From a bacterium UBP13_UBA5359 (lineage in GTDB: Bacteria > UBP13 > UBA5359): a DNA stretch of 64,000 bases. The translations under genes and the position numbers were made by a program. The stretch is taken from the NCBI GenBank assembly GCA_002410925.1, contig DHPR01000019.1, positions 1-64,000 on the forward strand, in the 5' to 3' direction. Each line of letters starts with the position of its first letter. The stretch's first letter is position 1. The notes under the pieces are model-generated. The model saw only the letters and a list, made by a program, of their open reading frames with translations, was not told where the DNA came from and ran no database searches. Below are positions 51,547 to 64,000 of this stretch, one piece after another.

Positions 51547-53274
51547 TTAATTGTAATGATTGGTTATGGGATAACGCCTGTCGCGGCCCAGGGTCCTGGT
51601 AGTCACCTTGATCCCGGGAGGCGCCTGACGGCGCTTATACTCGTTGCGATTCACCATAGCCGCCACCCTGGCTACCAGTTCACGCGGAGCAAAAGTTATC
51701 TCATCCACGCTTAACTCATCCTCAATATAGGCTTCCAATATGGGATCAAGAATGTCATACGGCGGCAGACTATCAGTGTCTAGTTGACCGGGGCGAAGCT
51801 CGGCCGAGGGTGGTCGGGTGATAATTATCTCCGGTATTACTTCGCTTTCCCGGTTGATATGACGAGAGAGGCTGTAGACCATGGTCTTGGATAAGTCCTT
51901 GATCACCGCCAACCCACCGGCCATATCGCCGTAAAGCGTGCTGTAGCCTATACTCATCTCACTTTTATTGCCGGTGGCCAATACCAGCCAGCCGAATTTG
52001 TTAGACAAAGCATAAAGCAGATTACCACGAATGCGAGCCTGAATATTCTCTTCGGTTATATTGGGGGGCAGGCTCGTAAAAAGGGGAGCCAGCTCCGTCA
52101 GGTAGTCCTCCATTATGCCGTCGATAGATAGCGTAAGCATCTCTATACCGAGATTGGAGCAGAGCTCAGCAGCGCTCTGGCGGCTTATTTCAGCAGAGAA
52201 GCGTGACGGCATATTGACACATTTCACACTCTTTGCTCCCATTGCTTCGGCAGCCAGTACCGCCACCAGGGCGGAATCTATGCCGCCGCTGAGGCCAATA
52301 ACCACCGTTTTAAAGCCATTCTTATGCACATAATCGTGTAAACCGAGGCAGAGAGCCCGACGCACCTCTTCCATATCCGGAAGAAGGGACGCCGGCTTAC
52401 GGATTGCCTTCGGCGATTTTACTTCGGTCTGAAGCTCTCCCAAATGAATTATGCCGCCTGCAGCCCCCGACCTCGAGAAGTGAAGCTTGCGCCGGCGGCT
52501 GTTCCGCAGACGCTGATGAAGAACTCCTTTAAGATCCATCTCCATCAGGCGCAGATCCTCAGCAAAGGCAGCCGCCCTGTTCAACAGATTACCGCATTCG
52601 TCAAAGGCTGTACTCATGCCGCCAAAGACCTGTTCATCCTGGCCGCCGACCAGGTTAGCACGAACAACAGGCATCAGATGCTCGGAAGCCCTGGCGGAAA
52701 GCAGCTTTTCACGCTGAGCCGTTCTTCGCAGACAATACGGCTCAGCAGCAATGTTAACGACCATCTCTACCCCTTTATCGGCCAGGCCAAGGAGGGGTTC
52801 AGCCGAATATAGAATATCCTCACTGATAGTTACGCCTATTTTTAAATCGTGCAGGGTGAAGATCAAATCACTCTGTCCAATTCCAAAATAACGGCTCTCA
52901 TCAAAAATGCCGTAATCAGACAAAAAATGCTTATGGTAAATACCCGCCGCTGTGCCATCATGTAAGAGGGCCGCAGCGTTGAAGATATCATCACTTCGGT
53001 CTATAAAACCGACAATAGCGGTTATTCCCTTTGCGGCTGCCGCCGCTTCCTGCAAAGCGGCCAGATTATCTTCGATAAAGGACTCTTTGAAGAGAAGATC
53101 CTCCGGAGGATAACCGGTCAAAGCCAGCTCTGGGAAAACAATCAGATGCACCCCAGCCTCTACAGCTCGCCGCATATTCGATATTATCAGATTAAGATTA
53201 CCCTTAATGTCACCTACCGTAGGATTGATCTGAGCCACAGCCAGCCTGATGCTCTTATCACTGGAAATAGTCAT
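51547..53274 (-). CDS. nadE: NAD+ synthetase with N-terminal nitrilase-like glutaminase domain (catalytic Cys replaced by Ser)
   Basis: FPEL..GYPPEDL, YHKH, TISED; SGGIDS, ENIQARIRG, TGNKSE, EYKRRQAP. Confidence 0.95.
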   Translation of the reverse strand: MTISSDKSIRLAVAQINPTVGDIKGNLNLIISNMRRAVEAGVHLIVFPELALTGYPPEDLLFKESFIEDNLAALQEAAAAAKGITAIVGFIDRSDDIFNAAALLHDGTAAGIYHKHFLSDYGIFDESRYFGIGQSDLIFTLHDLKIGVTISEDILYSAEPLLGLADKGVEMVVNIAAEPYCLRRTAQREKLLSARASEHLMPVVRANLVGGQDEQVFGGMSTAFDECGNLLNRAAAFAEDLRLMEMDLKGVLHQRLRNSRRRKLHFSRSGAAGGIIHLGELQTEVKSPKAIRKPASLLPDMEEVRRALCLGLHDYVHKNGFKTVVIGLSGGIDSALVAVLAAEAMGAKSVKCVNMPSRFSAEISRQSAAELCSNLGIEMLTLSIDGIMEDYLTELAPLFTSLPPNITEENIQARIRGNLLYALSNKFGWLVLATGNKSEMSIGYSTLYGDMAGGLAVIKDLSKTMVYSLSRHINRESEVIPEIIITRPPSAELRPGQLDTDSLPPYDILDPILEAYIEDELSVDEITFAPRELVARVAAMVNRNEYKRRQAPPGIKVTTRTLGRDRRYPITNHYN

Positions 53275-53601
53275 AATTAATAGATCCTTCAACGCTTAGT
53301 TCCTTTGTACCTAATACATTTTCCACAAAGCATGAGAAAACCCTTCCAAAGAGGAATTCCAATTCAAAAGAACGAATACTTTATTAAGAAACCACTTGGA
53401 AAAATGCCCGACATTAAAACAATCGCGATCTATTTGCCGCCTGAAGGCGATAATTTGGAACAGTATCCCGAATACCTGTGCAGATATGAAACAGAGCAAG
53501 TAATATATCTGAGAGGAGAAAGCTACTCGGTTCCTTCCATATTTTGATATTAATTCTTATGCACTTTTGATCACCTTAATTTAAAGAGAGGGAGGAATAA
53601 T

Positions 53602-54186
53602 ATGAGCAAAGAATTCACTTTTACAACGGAGAAAAAATCACTTTGGCAGCGCCTTTCTGCTATGTTCTACATTATATGCAGCAAGTTCGGCGATCAAGGA
53701 CGTCGCCGGGAAATCAGAACAGAAGTAAATTACCTGCCCATCAGATACAAATATATAAATATTCTGGAGGATAGATATGATATGGATTCTCTAACCGTAG
53801 AGGATCCTGCCGGAGTTTTAGATTCCTCGGAACAGGAACAAACCGACGGCAATTATCCATTGCTTGACGTTAAATACGGTCGTAAGGTGCGCAAAGGCAG
53901 GCTGATCGAACTGGGTGTGTACGGCCTGCTGATCGAAGTGGATGCCGGCATAGTTGTTGGGGATTGGATGGAGATTAAATTCATACTACCCAATACAGTT
54001 GTACCTGTGGTTATTGTGGCCGAAGCTATACATATTGCCAGGTTGCCCGGTAAGGGTAAAAAATTTAAAGCGGGAGTAAGGATTCTTGAATTAAGCGCCA
54101 ATGATTCTCAGAGGATAAAAGCATATTTAAAACAACGAACCCTCATTGATATGGCTGCATCCAGAAAAAAGAACTGCTACCTGTAG
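53602..54186 (+). CDS. PilZ-domain protein
   Basis: RRREIR (RxxxR), followed by a PilZ-like barrel ending AGVRIL..IKAYL; GGAGG RBS. Confidence 0.7.
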   Translation: MSKEFTFTTEKKSLWQRLSAMFYIICSKFGDQGRRREIRTEVNYLPIRYKYINILEDRYDMDSLTVEDPAGVLDSSEQEQTDGNYPLLDVKYGRKVRKGRLIELGVYGLLIEVDAGIVVGDWMEIKFILPNTVVPVVIVAEAIHIARLPGKGKKFKAGVRILELSANDSQRIKAYLKQRTLIDMAASRKKNCYL

Positions 54187-54328
54187 CACTGGTAGGCTTG
54201 CTACAGATTCAGAAGCAGCTATCCAGGCAAAAAAACCTGATATTTTTCTGATAAGGCTGTCTTGCATGTCTTGCATTGCACACCCTGAAGCTGATAGAAT
54301 TAAGCCGTATTAAAAATGAGGAAGTAAG

Positions 54329-54922
54329 ATGCAACTTTTCATTAGCCAATACCTGAAGCTCTTCTTTGTTTTGACTCCTTTCTTCGTCATCTCCATGTTC
54401 TTGGCTTTGACAAATGAGTACACCGATAATAAAAAGAAGCGTCTGGCATTTAAAGTAACACTGGCCGTTATAGCAATCAGCTTCTCTATATATATCTTTG
54501 GAAAGTATATCTTTCTGATTTTCGGCATAACCCTGGATGCCTTTCGCATTGGGGCAGGCGCATTGCTCTTCTTATCGGCTGCAGCTTTAGTACAGGGCGG
54601 AACAGGCGGCAAAGAAGAGCAAATCCACACCGGCGACATAGCCGTCGTTCCTCTGGCGTTGCCGATAACGGTAGGCCCGGCTACTACCGGTGTTCTTCTG
54701 GTTATGGGAGTTGAGATGGAGAGTATCGCATCAAAGCTGATAGCCGGTAGCGCTCTTCTATGCGCTATCCTGACTGTAGGTCTACTCCTTTATGTGGCCG
54801 GGCATATCGAACGCTGGCTAGGTAAGACCGGCATCTCCATTCTCAGTAAACTGACCGGATTAATACTGGCTTCCATAGCAGCCCAGATAATGCTGACAGG
54901 AATAAAAGGGATGTTGGGCTGA
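54329..54922 (+). CDS. MarC family membrane protein
   Basis: FGITLDAFRIGAG, VPLALPITVGP, KLTGLILASIA. Confidence 0.93.
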   Translation: MQLFISQYLKLFFVLTPFFVISMFLALTNEYTDNKKKRLAFKVTLAVIAISFSIYIFGKYIFLIFGITLDAFRIGAGALLFLSAAALVQGGTGGKEEQIHTGDIAVVPLALPITVGPATTGVLLVMGVEMESIASKLIAGSALLCAILTVGLLLYVAGHIERWLGKTGISILSKLTGLILASIAAQIMLTGIKGMLG

Positions 54923-55109
54923 TACCTGGCTATCCGCGATATTTATCCAGAGAAAGAAGATCATTGATGCGAATATTCCGCCCCCTCTGATGGACTTATC
55001 GGCAGCTATGAAAAAGTTTGGAAATAGTGGCTTCTTTCCGCAGCCGGATACCCGAATGCACCCTTGACTCCTCGACACAGCCGGAATAATATAGTGTTTG
55101 AGGTGCGAA

Positions 55110-55865
55110 ATGCAAATTGAGCATATCGAACATATATTGAAAGCCGTTAAGAGCGGCGAGATGCAGATCGATGAAGCTATGCAGCGTCTCAAACATCTTC
55201 CGTATGAGAACCTGGAATTCGCTAGAATAGATCATCATCGCCATCTCCGGACAGGCTTTCCCGAGGTAATATTCTGCCAAGGCAAAGCACCGGAGCATAT
55301 TGTCGCCATCATGAAGAGAGCGGCGGCCGATGGAGAACCGGTGCTGGCTACCAGAGCAGAACCCTCTCTCTATGATTATATCCGGCGAGAGATTCATGAA
55401 GCTGCCTATCATCGTTCAGCCCGCATAATCACTCTCAATGCATCTTTACCGCAACCCGGCGAAGGGAAAGGGCTGATAGCCGTGGTCTCTGCCGGTACAG
55501 CCGATATACCGGTTGCTGAAGAAGCCGTTGTTACAGCTGCCGTTATGGGTAATCGAGTCGAGCGCCTTTTCGATGTCGGAGTGGCTGGTCTGCACCGACT
55601 GCTGGACAAGATGGAGCTTTTGACCTCAGCCAAGGTGTTGATTGTGGTTGCAGGCATGGAGGGAGCACTGGCCAGTGTAATCGGTGGGCTGGTAGAAAGC
55701 CCGGTAATCGCCGTACCCACCAGTATCGGCTATGGCGCCAGCTTTCAGGGCCTGGCGGCTCTGCTCTCCATGCTGAACAGCTGTGCTGCCGGCGTTACGG
55801 TAGTTAATATAGATAACGGCTTTGGGGCCGGATACTTCGCCGGACTTATAAATAGTCGTTTATAA
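55110..55865 (+). CDS. larB: Nickel-pincer cofactor biosynthesis protein LarB
   Basis: GFPEVIFC, AGTAD, DVGVAGLHRL, AGMEGAL, PTSIGYG, VNIDNGFGA. Confidence 0.95.
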   Translation: MQIEHIEHILKAVKSGEMQIDEAMQRLKHLPYENLEFARIDHHRHLRTGFPEVIFCQGKAPEHIVAIMKRAAADGEPVLATRAEPSLYDYIRREIHEAAYHRSARIITLNASLPQPGEGKGLIAVVSAGTADIPVAEEAVVTAAVMGNRVERLFDVGVAGLHRLLDKMELLTSAKVLIVVAGMEGALASVIGGLVESPVIAVPTSIGYGASFQGLAALLSMLNSCAAGVTVVNIDNGFGAGYFAGLINSRL

Positions 55866-55889
55866 AATTGGTCGTGAAAGGATTCTCTC

Positions 55890-57056
55890 ATGAAAATAGC
55901 TTATCTTGATGCCTTTGCCGGCATCAGTGGAGATATGACTCTCGGCGCGCTACTGGATGCGGGCCTGAATATGGAGTATCTACAAAGCGAGCTTTCCAGA
56001 TTGGATTTACACGGCTATACTCTATCTGCAAAAAAAGTAACCGTGTCCGGCATATCGGCCACCAGGGTCAGCATAGAGGTAAATAAAAATCTTCACCACC
56101 ACCGGCATTTGAACGATATTCTGTCTATGATAGCCGACAGCGGCCTGCCTGACAGAGTTATATCTATGAGCACAGCCATCTTCGATCGTCTGGCAAAGGC
56201 GGAAGCTGAGGTACATGGGACAGTACCTGAAAAGGTTCATTTTCATGAAGTAGGAGCGGTAGATTCCATCCTGGATATAATCGGTAGCTGTATAGGCCTG
56301 TATTCCCTGGGCATCGAGAAGCTGATTGTCTCCCCCCTGCCGCTGGGGCGCGGTTTTGTGAAGTGTGCCCATGGGATTATTCCCCTGCCTGCTCCGGCTA
56401 CGGTCAAGCTGCTGGAAGGGTTGCCCACTTATGCTTTTTCTGAAGAAGGAGAAACGGTAACACCCACGGGTGCAGCCATAGTAGCTGCTCTCTGCTGTTC
56501 CGTCGGCCCGATACCGGCCATGAACAGCCAAGTTATCGGCTATGGAGCCGGCACCATTGCCAGGCGCATTCCTAACCTCCTGCGCATCTTCATCGGAGAG
56601 GCAGTCGATATGCCGGAAGCTCTGGATACGATTATCCTGCAGACCTTGATAGATGATATGAACCCTGAAATTTACGAATATCTGATGGAAAAGCTCTATG
56701 CCGCCGGCGCTCTGGAAGTTACGCTTACGCCCTGCATCGTCAAGAACAGCCGCCCGGCCGTATTGCTGGCAACCATCTGCCCATTGGGCAAGGAGAACAT
56801 TATTGAAAATATCATCTTGGCAGAGAGCACCAGCCTGGGCCTGCGGCGTATTCAAGCATCGAGGACCTGCCTGGAGCGAAAGACAATAGAAGTAATCATA
56901 GCCGGCAGCAAGATCAAGGTCAAGCTGGGATTGAAGGACGGCAAGATAGCCAACATTGCCCCGGAGTACAAAGATTGCCGCTCTCTGTCGGAGCAAAGCG
57001 GCCTACCGTTGAAGGAAGTTTATAGGCTAGCCGAGACGGCCGTTAAAAATTTATGA
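55890..57056 (+). CDS. larC: Nickel-pincer cofactor nickel insertase LarC
   Basis: GISGDM, His-rich stretch, HFHEVGAVDS, TPTGAA, IDDMNPE, PEYKD. Confidence 0.95.
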   Translation: MKIAYLDAFAGISGDMTLGALLDAGLNMEYLQSELSRLDLHGYTLSAKKVTVSGISATRVSIEVNKNLHHHRHLNDILSMIADSGLPDRVISMSTAIFDRLAKAEAEVHGTVPEKVHFHEVGAVDSILDIIGSCIGLYSLGIEKLIVSPLPLGRGFVKCAHGIIPLPAPATVKLLEGLPTYAFSEEGETVTPTGAAIVAALCCSVGPIPAMNSQVIGYGAGTIARRIPNLLRIFIGEAVDMPEALDTIILQTLIDDMNPEIYEYLMEKLYAAGALEVTLTPCIVKNSRPAVLLATICPLGKENIIENIILAESTSLGLRRIQASRTCLERKTIEVIIAGSKIKVKLGLKDGKIANIAPEYKDCRSLSEQSGLPLKEVYRLAETAVKNL

Positions 57057-57066
57057 AAAGACACTT

Positions 57067-57591
57067 CTAAAACATCTTATTCAACGTCAAGGTAAAGCCA
57101 TTGCCGGCATCCGAGCCACCCTGAAAATACTTGCCCTCCAAACGAGTTCCGGCACTTAGCTGAAAGCCGGCCAGGAGATGGTAGCCGATATTGGTCTCGG
57201 ATACGGAAGCCACCTCTATGCTATCTTCCAAAATCTTCGTGGTCGAAAAGTAGACACCCAATCCGGTGCCATAGTAAAAGCGGGTGCCGGGATAGAAGAC
57301 CTTATTGGTCAGAGTAATTGGCCAAGCGGTTACCTGAGTTTCTCGGCTCACCCCCGTAATATCCTCCGTATCGGTGGTAATATAGCGCTCCAGGGCAAAG
57401 ATAGTTTCAGTCGTATTGGTATGCGATACTACCAGGCCGGCGCCGGCAACCCAGCCGGTACCGTTATCGGTAGACACATACCCCCCTTTAAGCTCATAAC
57501 CCTGCTGGGCTGAGGCTTGGCTGGGCCCCAAACAGAAGGATAAAGAGAGCAATAAAATGTATATGCCGTATTTACGCACATGCGCCACCAC
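57067..57591 (-). CDS. Small outer-membrane beta-barrel protein (OmpA/OmpW-like 8-stranded)
   Basis: Signal peptide, FYYGTGLG strand, C-terminal Phe. Confidence 0.6.
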   Translation of the reverse strand: MVAHVRKYGIYILLLSLSFCLGPSQASAQQGYELKGGYVSTDNGTGWVAGAGLVVSHTNTTETIFALERYITTDTEDITGVSRETQVTAWPITLTNKVFYPGTRFYYGTGLGVYFSTTKILEDSIEVASVSETNIGYHLLAGFQLSAGTRLEGKYFQGGSDAGNGFTLTLNKMF

Positions 57592-57739
57592 CTTAGCTAA
57601 GCTATATTAATCTTTCCCTAAGATTCTACGTTTAAAACTTACCGTTACAGGTCTTGATCCGTCCAAATTATTAAATTTCGATCTCTGGCTTCCGTTTTTC
57701 AAACTTCGGCAATGAGTCACAAAACATTCCCAACCTAAT

Positions 57740-58990
57740 TTATGCCGACCGACTGATAGTAGCCCCTAAACCAGTCAATTTGGCTTCTATATCTTCATAA
57801 CCACGATCTATATGCTCTATACCGGTAATCTCGGTAACACCTTCGGCAGCCAGGCCGGCTAGTATAAGAGCTACGCCGGCTCTGAGATCGGGGGCGGTTA
57901 CCTGGGCTCCGGTCAGGCGTTCCACTCCTCTGACAATGGCGCTATGCCCCTCCACTCTGATATCCGCACCCATACGCTTCATCTCGCTGACATGCATGAA
58001 TCTATTCTCAAAAATAGTCTCTGTAAAGACACTGATGCCATCAGCAAGCGACATCAGGGACATCAATGGCGCTTGCATATCGGTGGGAAAGCCGGGATAC
58101 GGAAGAGTCTTGACATCTACGGCATTTAATCTGTTTCGAACAGCTACCAGAAGCCCATTCTCTATCTCTTCAATATGAACGCCCGCATCCTTTAACTTGG
58201 TGGTTATAGGCTTAAGATGATCAAAATCGATATGCCGTATTCTAACCTCGCCCTTGCTGATAGCAGCCACCACGGCATAAGTTCCGGCCTCTATTCTATC
58301 CGGAATAATGGTATATTCCACACCATGTAGAGATTTCACGCCCTCTATCTCGATTATATTGGTACCCGCACCCTTTATACAGGCACCCATAGAATTCAGA
58401 AAGTTGGCCAGATCCACAATCTCCGGCTCCTCAGCCACATTCTCAATAATTGTCCTACCCTCAGCCAGCGATGCAGCCATCATAATATTTTCAGTTGCTC
58501 CTACGCTGGGAATATCCAGGTAAATACGCCCGCCGTGCAGCTTATCGGCCCAGACATGAATATAGCCATGTTCCATGGAGACCTCGGCTCCCAATGCCTG
58601 GAAACCTTTGATATGCAGATCTATCGGCCTGGAACCGATAGCACAGCCGCCGGGCAGAGAGACTTTGGCAGAGCCGAAGCGTGCTAAAAGAGGGCCAACC
58701 ACCAGAACGGAGGCACGCATCTTCTTCATTAATTCGTAAGGCACCAAACTCAAGGCAAAATTCTCAGGAGAAACGACCAGGCGATTCCCGGCAGTTATAA
58801 CCTTGACGCTAAATTCGTTGAGAACATCTGTCATGGTAGAGATATCCGTCAGTCTGGGAATATTATTCAACGTGCTGGGTGTAGAAGCCAATAAAGAAGC
58901 AGCCATGATGGGTAAGGCTGCATTTTTGGCTCCGCTTATCAGAACCTCTCCGCAGAGACGATTGCCACCGCCAATAATTATCTTCTCCAA
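57740..58990 (-). CDS. murA: UDP-N-acetylglucosamine 1-carboxyvinyltransferase
   Basis: GAKNAALP, PGGCAIGSRPIDLH, PGFPTDMQ, DLRAG. Confidence 0.98.
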   Translation of the reverse strand: MEKIIIGGGNRLCGEVLISGAKNAALPIMAASLLASTPSTLNNIPRLTDISTMTDVLNEFSVKVITAGNRLVVSPENFALSLVPYELMKKMRASVLVVGPLLARFGSAKVSLPGGCAIGSRPIDLHIKGFQALGAEVSMEHGYIHVWADKLHGGRIYLDIPSVGATENIMMAASLAEGRTIIENVAEEPEIVDLANFLNSMGACIKGAGTNIIEIEGVKSLHGVEYTIIPDRIEAGTYAVVAAISKGEVRIRHIDFDHLKPITTKLKDAGVHIEEIENGLLVAVRNRLNAVDVKTLPYPGFPTDMQAPLMSLMSLADGISVFTETIFENRFMHVSEMKRMGADIRVEGHSAIVRGVERLTGAQVTAPDLRAGVALILAGLAAEGVTEITGIEHIDRGYEDIEAKLTGLGATISRSA

Positions 58991-59118
58991 AAGCTTTTCC
59001 TCTGTGGGTGAAATCAGAAGCCGCCTATTCCTAAATTTTATATTCTAATTTCTCCCGTTTTAATAGTTGTTTATTTAACTTCTCTATCGGCGCTTGCTTT
59101 TCCTGCCAATCCAAAATG

Positions 59119-59532
59119 TTATTTGCCGCCGGCAACTCTGATACGGGTTATGGCCCTGTGCAGCGCCGCCTCCAGACCAACAAAATCAATGCCGGAAACC
59201 TGCCTTACCAAAGCTTCCTCAGCTCGGCGCTTAGCCTCTTCGGCCCGGCGAATATCTATCTCCTCCGCCAGTTCGGCAACCTTTGCCGCAACACTGACTC
59301 TATCCTTCTCTATCAAGGCAAATCCGCTGCCAATAGCGACCTTCCGCATTCCCTCCGGTGTTTTTATCACCAGTTCGCCGATATCCAGAGCCAGCACCAG
59401 TCTGGTGTGTCCGGGTAAAACACCTACCACACCCTCCTGCCCGGGCAAGCTGATATATGTAGCCTTGCCGGAAAAGACTATGCGCTCCGGAATAACAACG
59501 CTGACATTGATCATGCCGGAAGATGTTGCCAT
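59119..59532 (-). CDS. atpC: ATP synthase epsilon subunit
   Basis: GVLPGH motif, C-terminal helices, synteny. Confidence 0.95.
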   Translation of the reverse strand: MATSSGMINVSVVIPERIVFSGKATYISLPGQEGVVGVLPGHTRLVLALDIGELVIKTPEGMRKVAIGSGFALIEKDRVSVAAKVAELAEEIDIRRAEEAKRRAEEALVRQVSGIDFVGLEAALHRAITRIRVAGGK

Positions 59533-59535
59533 AAC

Positions 59536-63831
<4,296 letters not shown>

Positions 63832-63845
<14 letters not shown>

Positions 63846-64000
63846 TTTTAACCCTCTTTATCATTTCCTCCGTCAAATGCCTTCTGTTCTCTTCATCCAG
63901 CATATCGGAGAGAACCCTGGCAGCAATATCGACGGACATCTCAGAGGCTTTCTCTCTTAATTGCTCCTCGACAACGCGCCGCTGTTCTTCCAATTCACCC
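63832..64000 (-). CDS. atpF: ATP synthase subunit b, 3' end (partial)
   Basis: Manual translation GELEEQRRVVEEQLREKASEMSVDIAARVLSDMLDEENRRHLTEEMIKRVKNGGR*, overlapping the atpH start. Confidence 0.85.

Noticed and set aside
53305-53547. Small ORF between nadE and the PilZ gene
   Set aside because: No RBS or motif; it lies in an AT-rich divergent promoter region. It cannot be supported, though it is not excluded.

Overview
Bacterial chromosomal window with one 203-N scaffold gap (743-945). It has no rRNA, tRNA, CRISPR array or transposase that I can support. The left ~30 kb is accessory and catabolic. It holds two GntR-LacI (AraR-like) regulators, each followed by a prepilin-type gene. The complete prepilin gene (27125-27856, with an H-X9-DG C-terminal motif) heads a transporter-less carbohydrate operon: a secreted CBM/LamG/GH20 protein, Gfo/Idh/MocA, transaldolase-like, IolB, FGGY kinase, NagB, FAD/Fe-S oxidoreductase and GH1. 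This half also has a PocR-sensor two-component system with DegT and creatininase genes, a toxin-first PIN/Phd pair, a fused Kbl-Tdh-like gene and two pseudogene remnants. The right ~34 kb is mostly housekeeping: ligA, pcrA, polX, purB-C-S-Q-L-F-M-N, a lone OLD nuclease, GH38, nadE, PilZ, marC, larBC, murA and atpF-H-A-G-D-C. Two outer-membrane beta-barrel genes and the [26 protein letters not shown] pilins suggest a diderm, Armatimonadota-like organism (inference). Most notable observations: (1) the pilin-headed sugar-utilisation architecture, with a readable promoter/operator code; (2) loss of glutaminase catalytic residues in two unrelated amidotransferases (PurQ His->Tyr with drifting PurS, and NadE Cys->Ser); (3) the Kbl-Tdh fusion lacking the structural-zinc loop. 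All family assignments come from motif recognition, not database searches.
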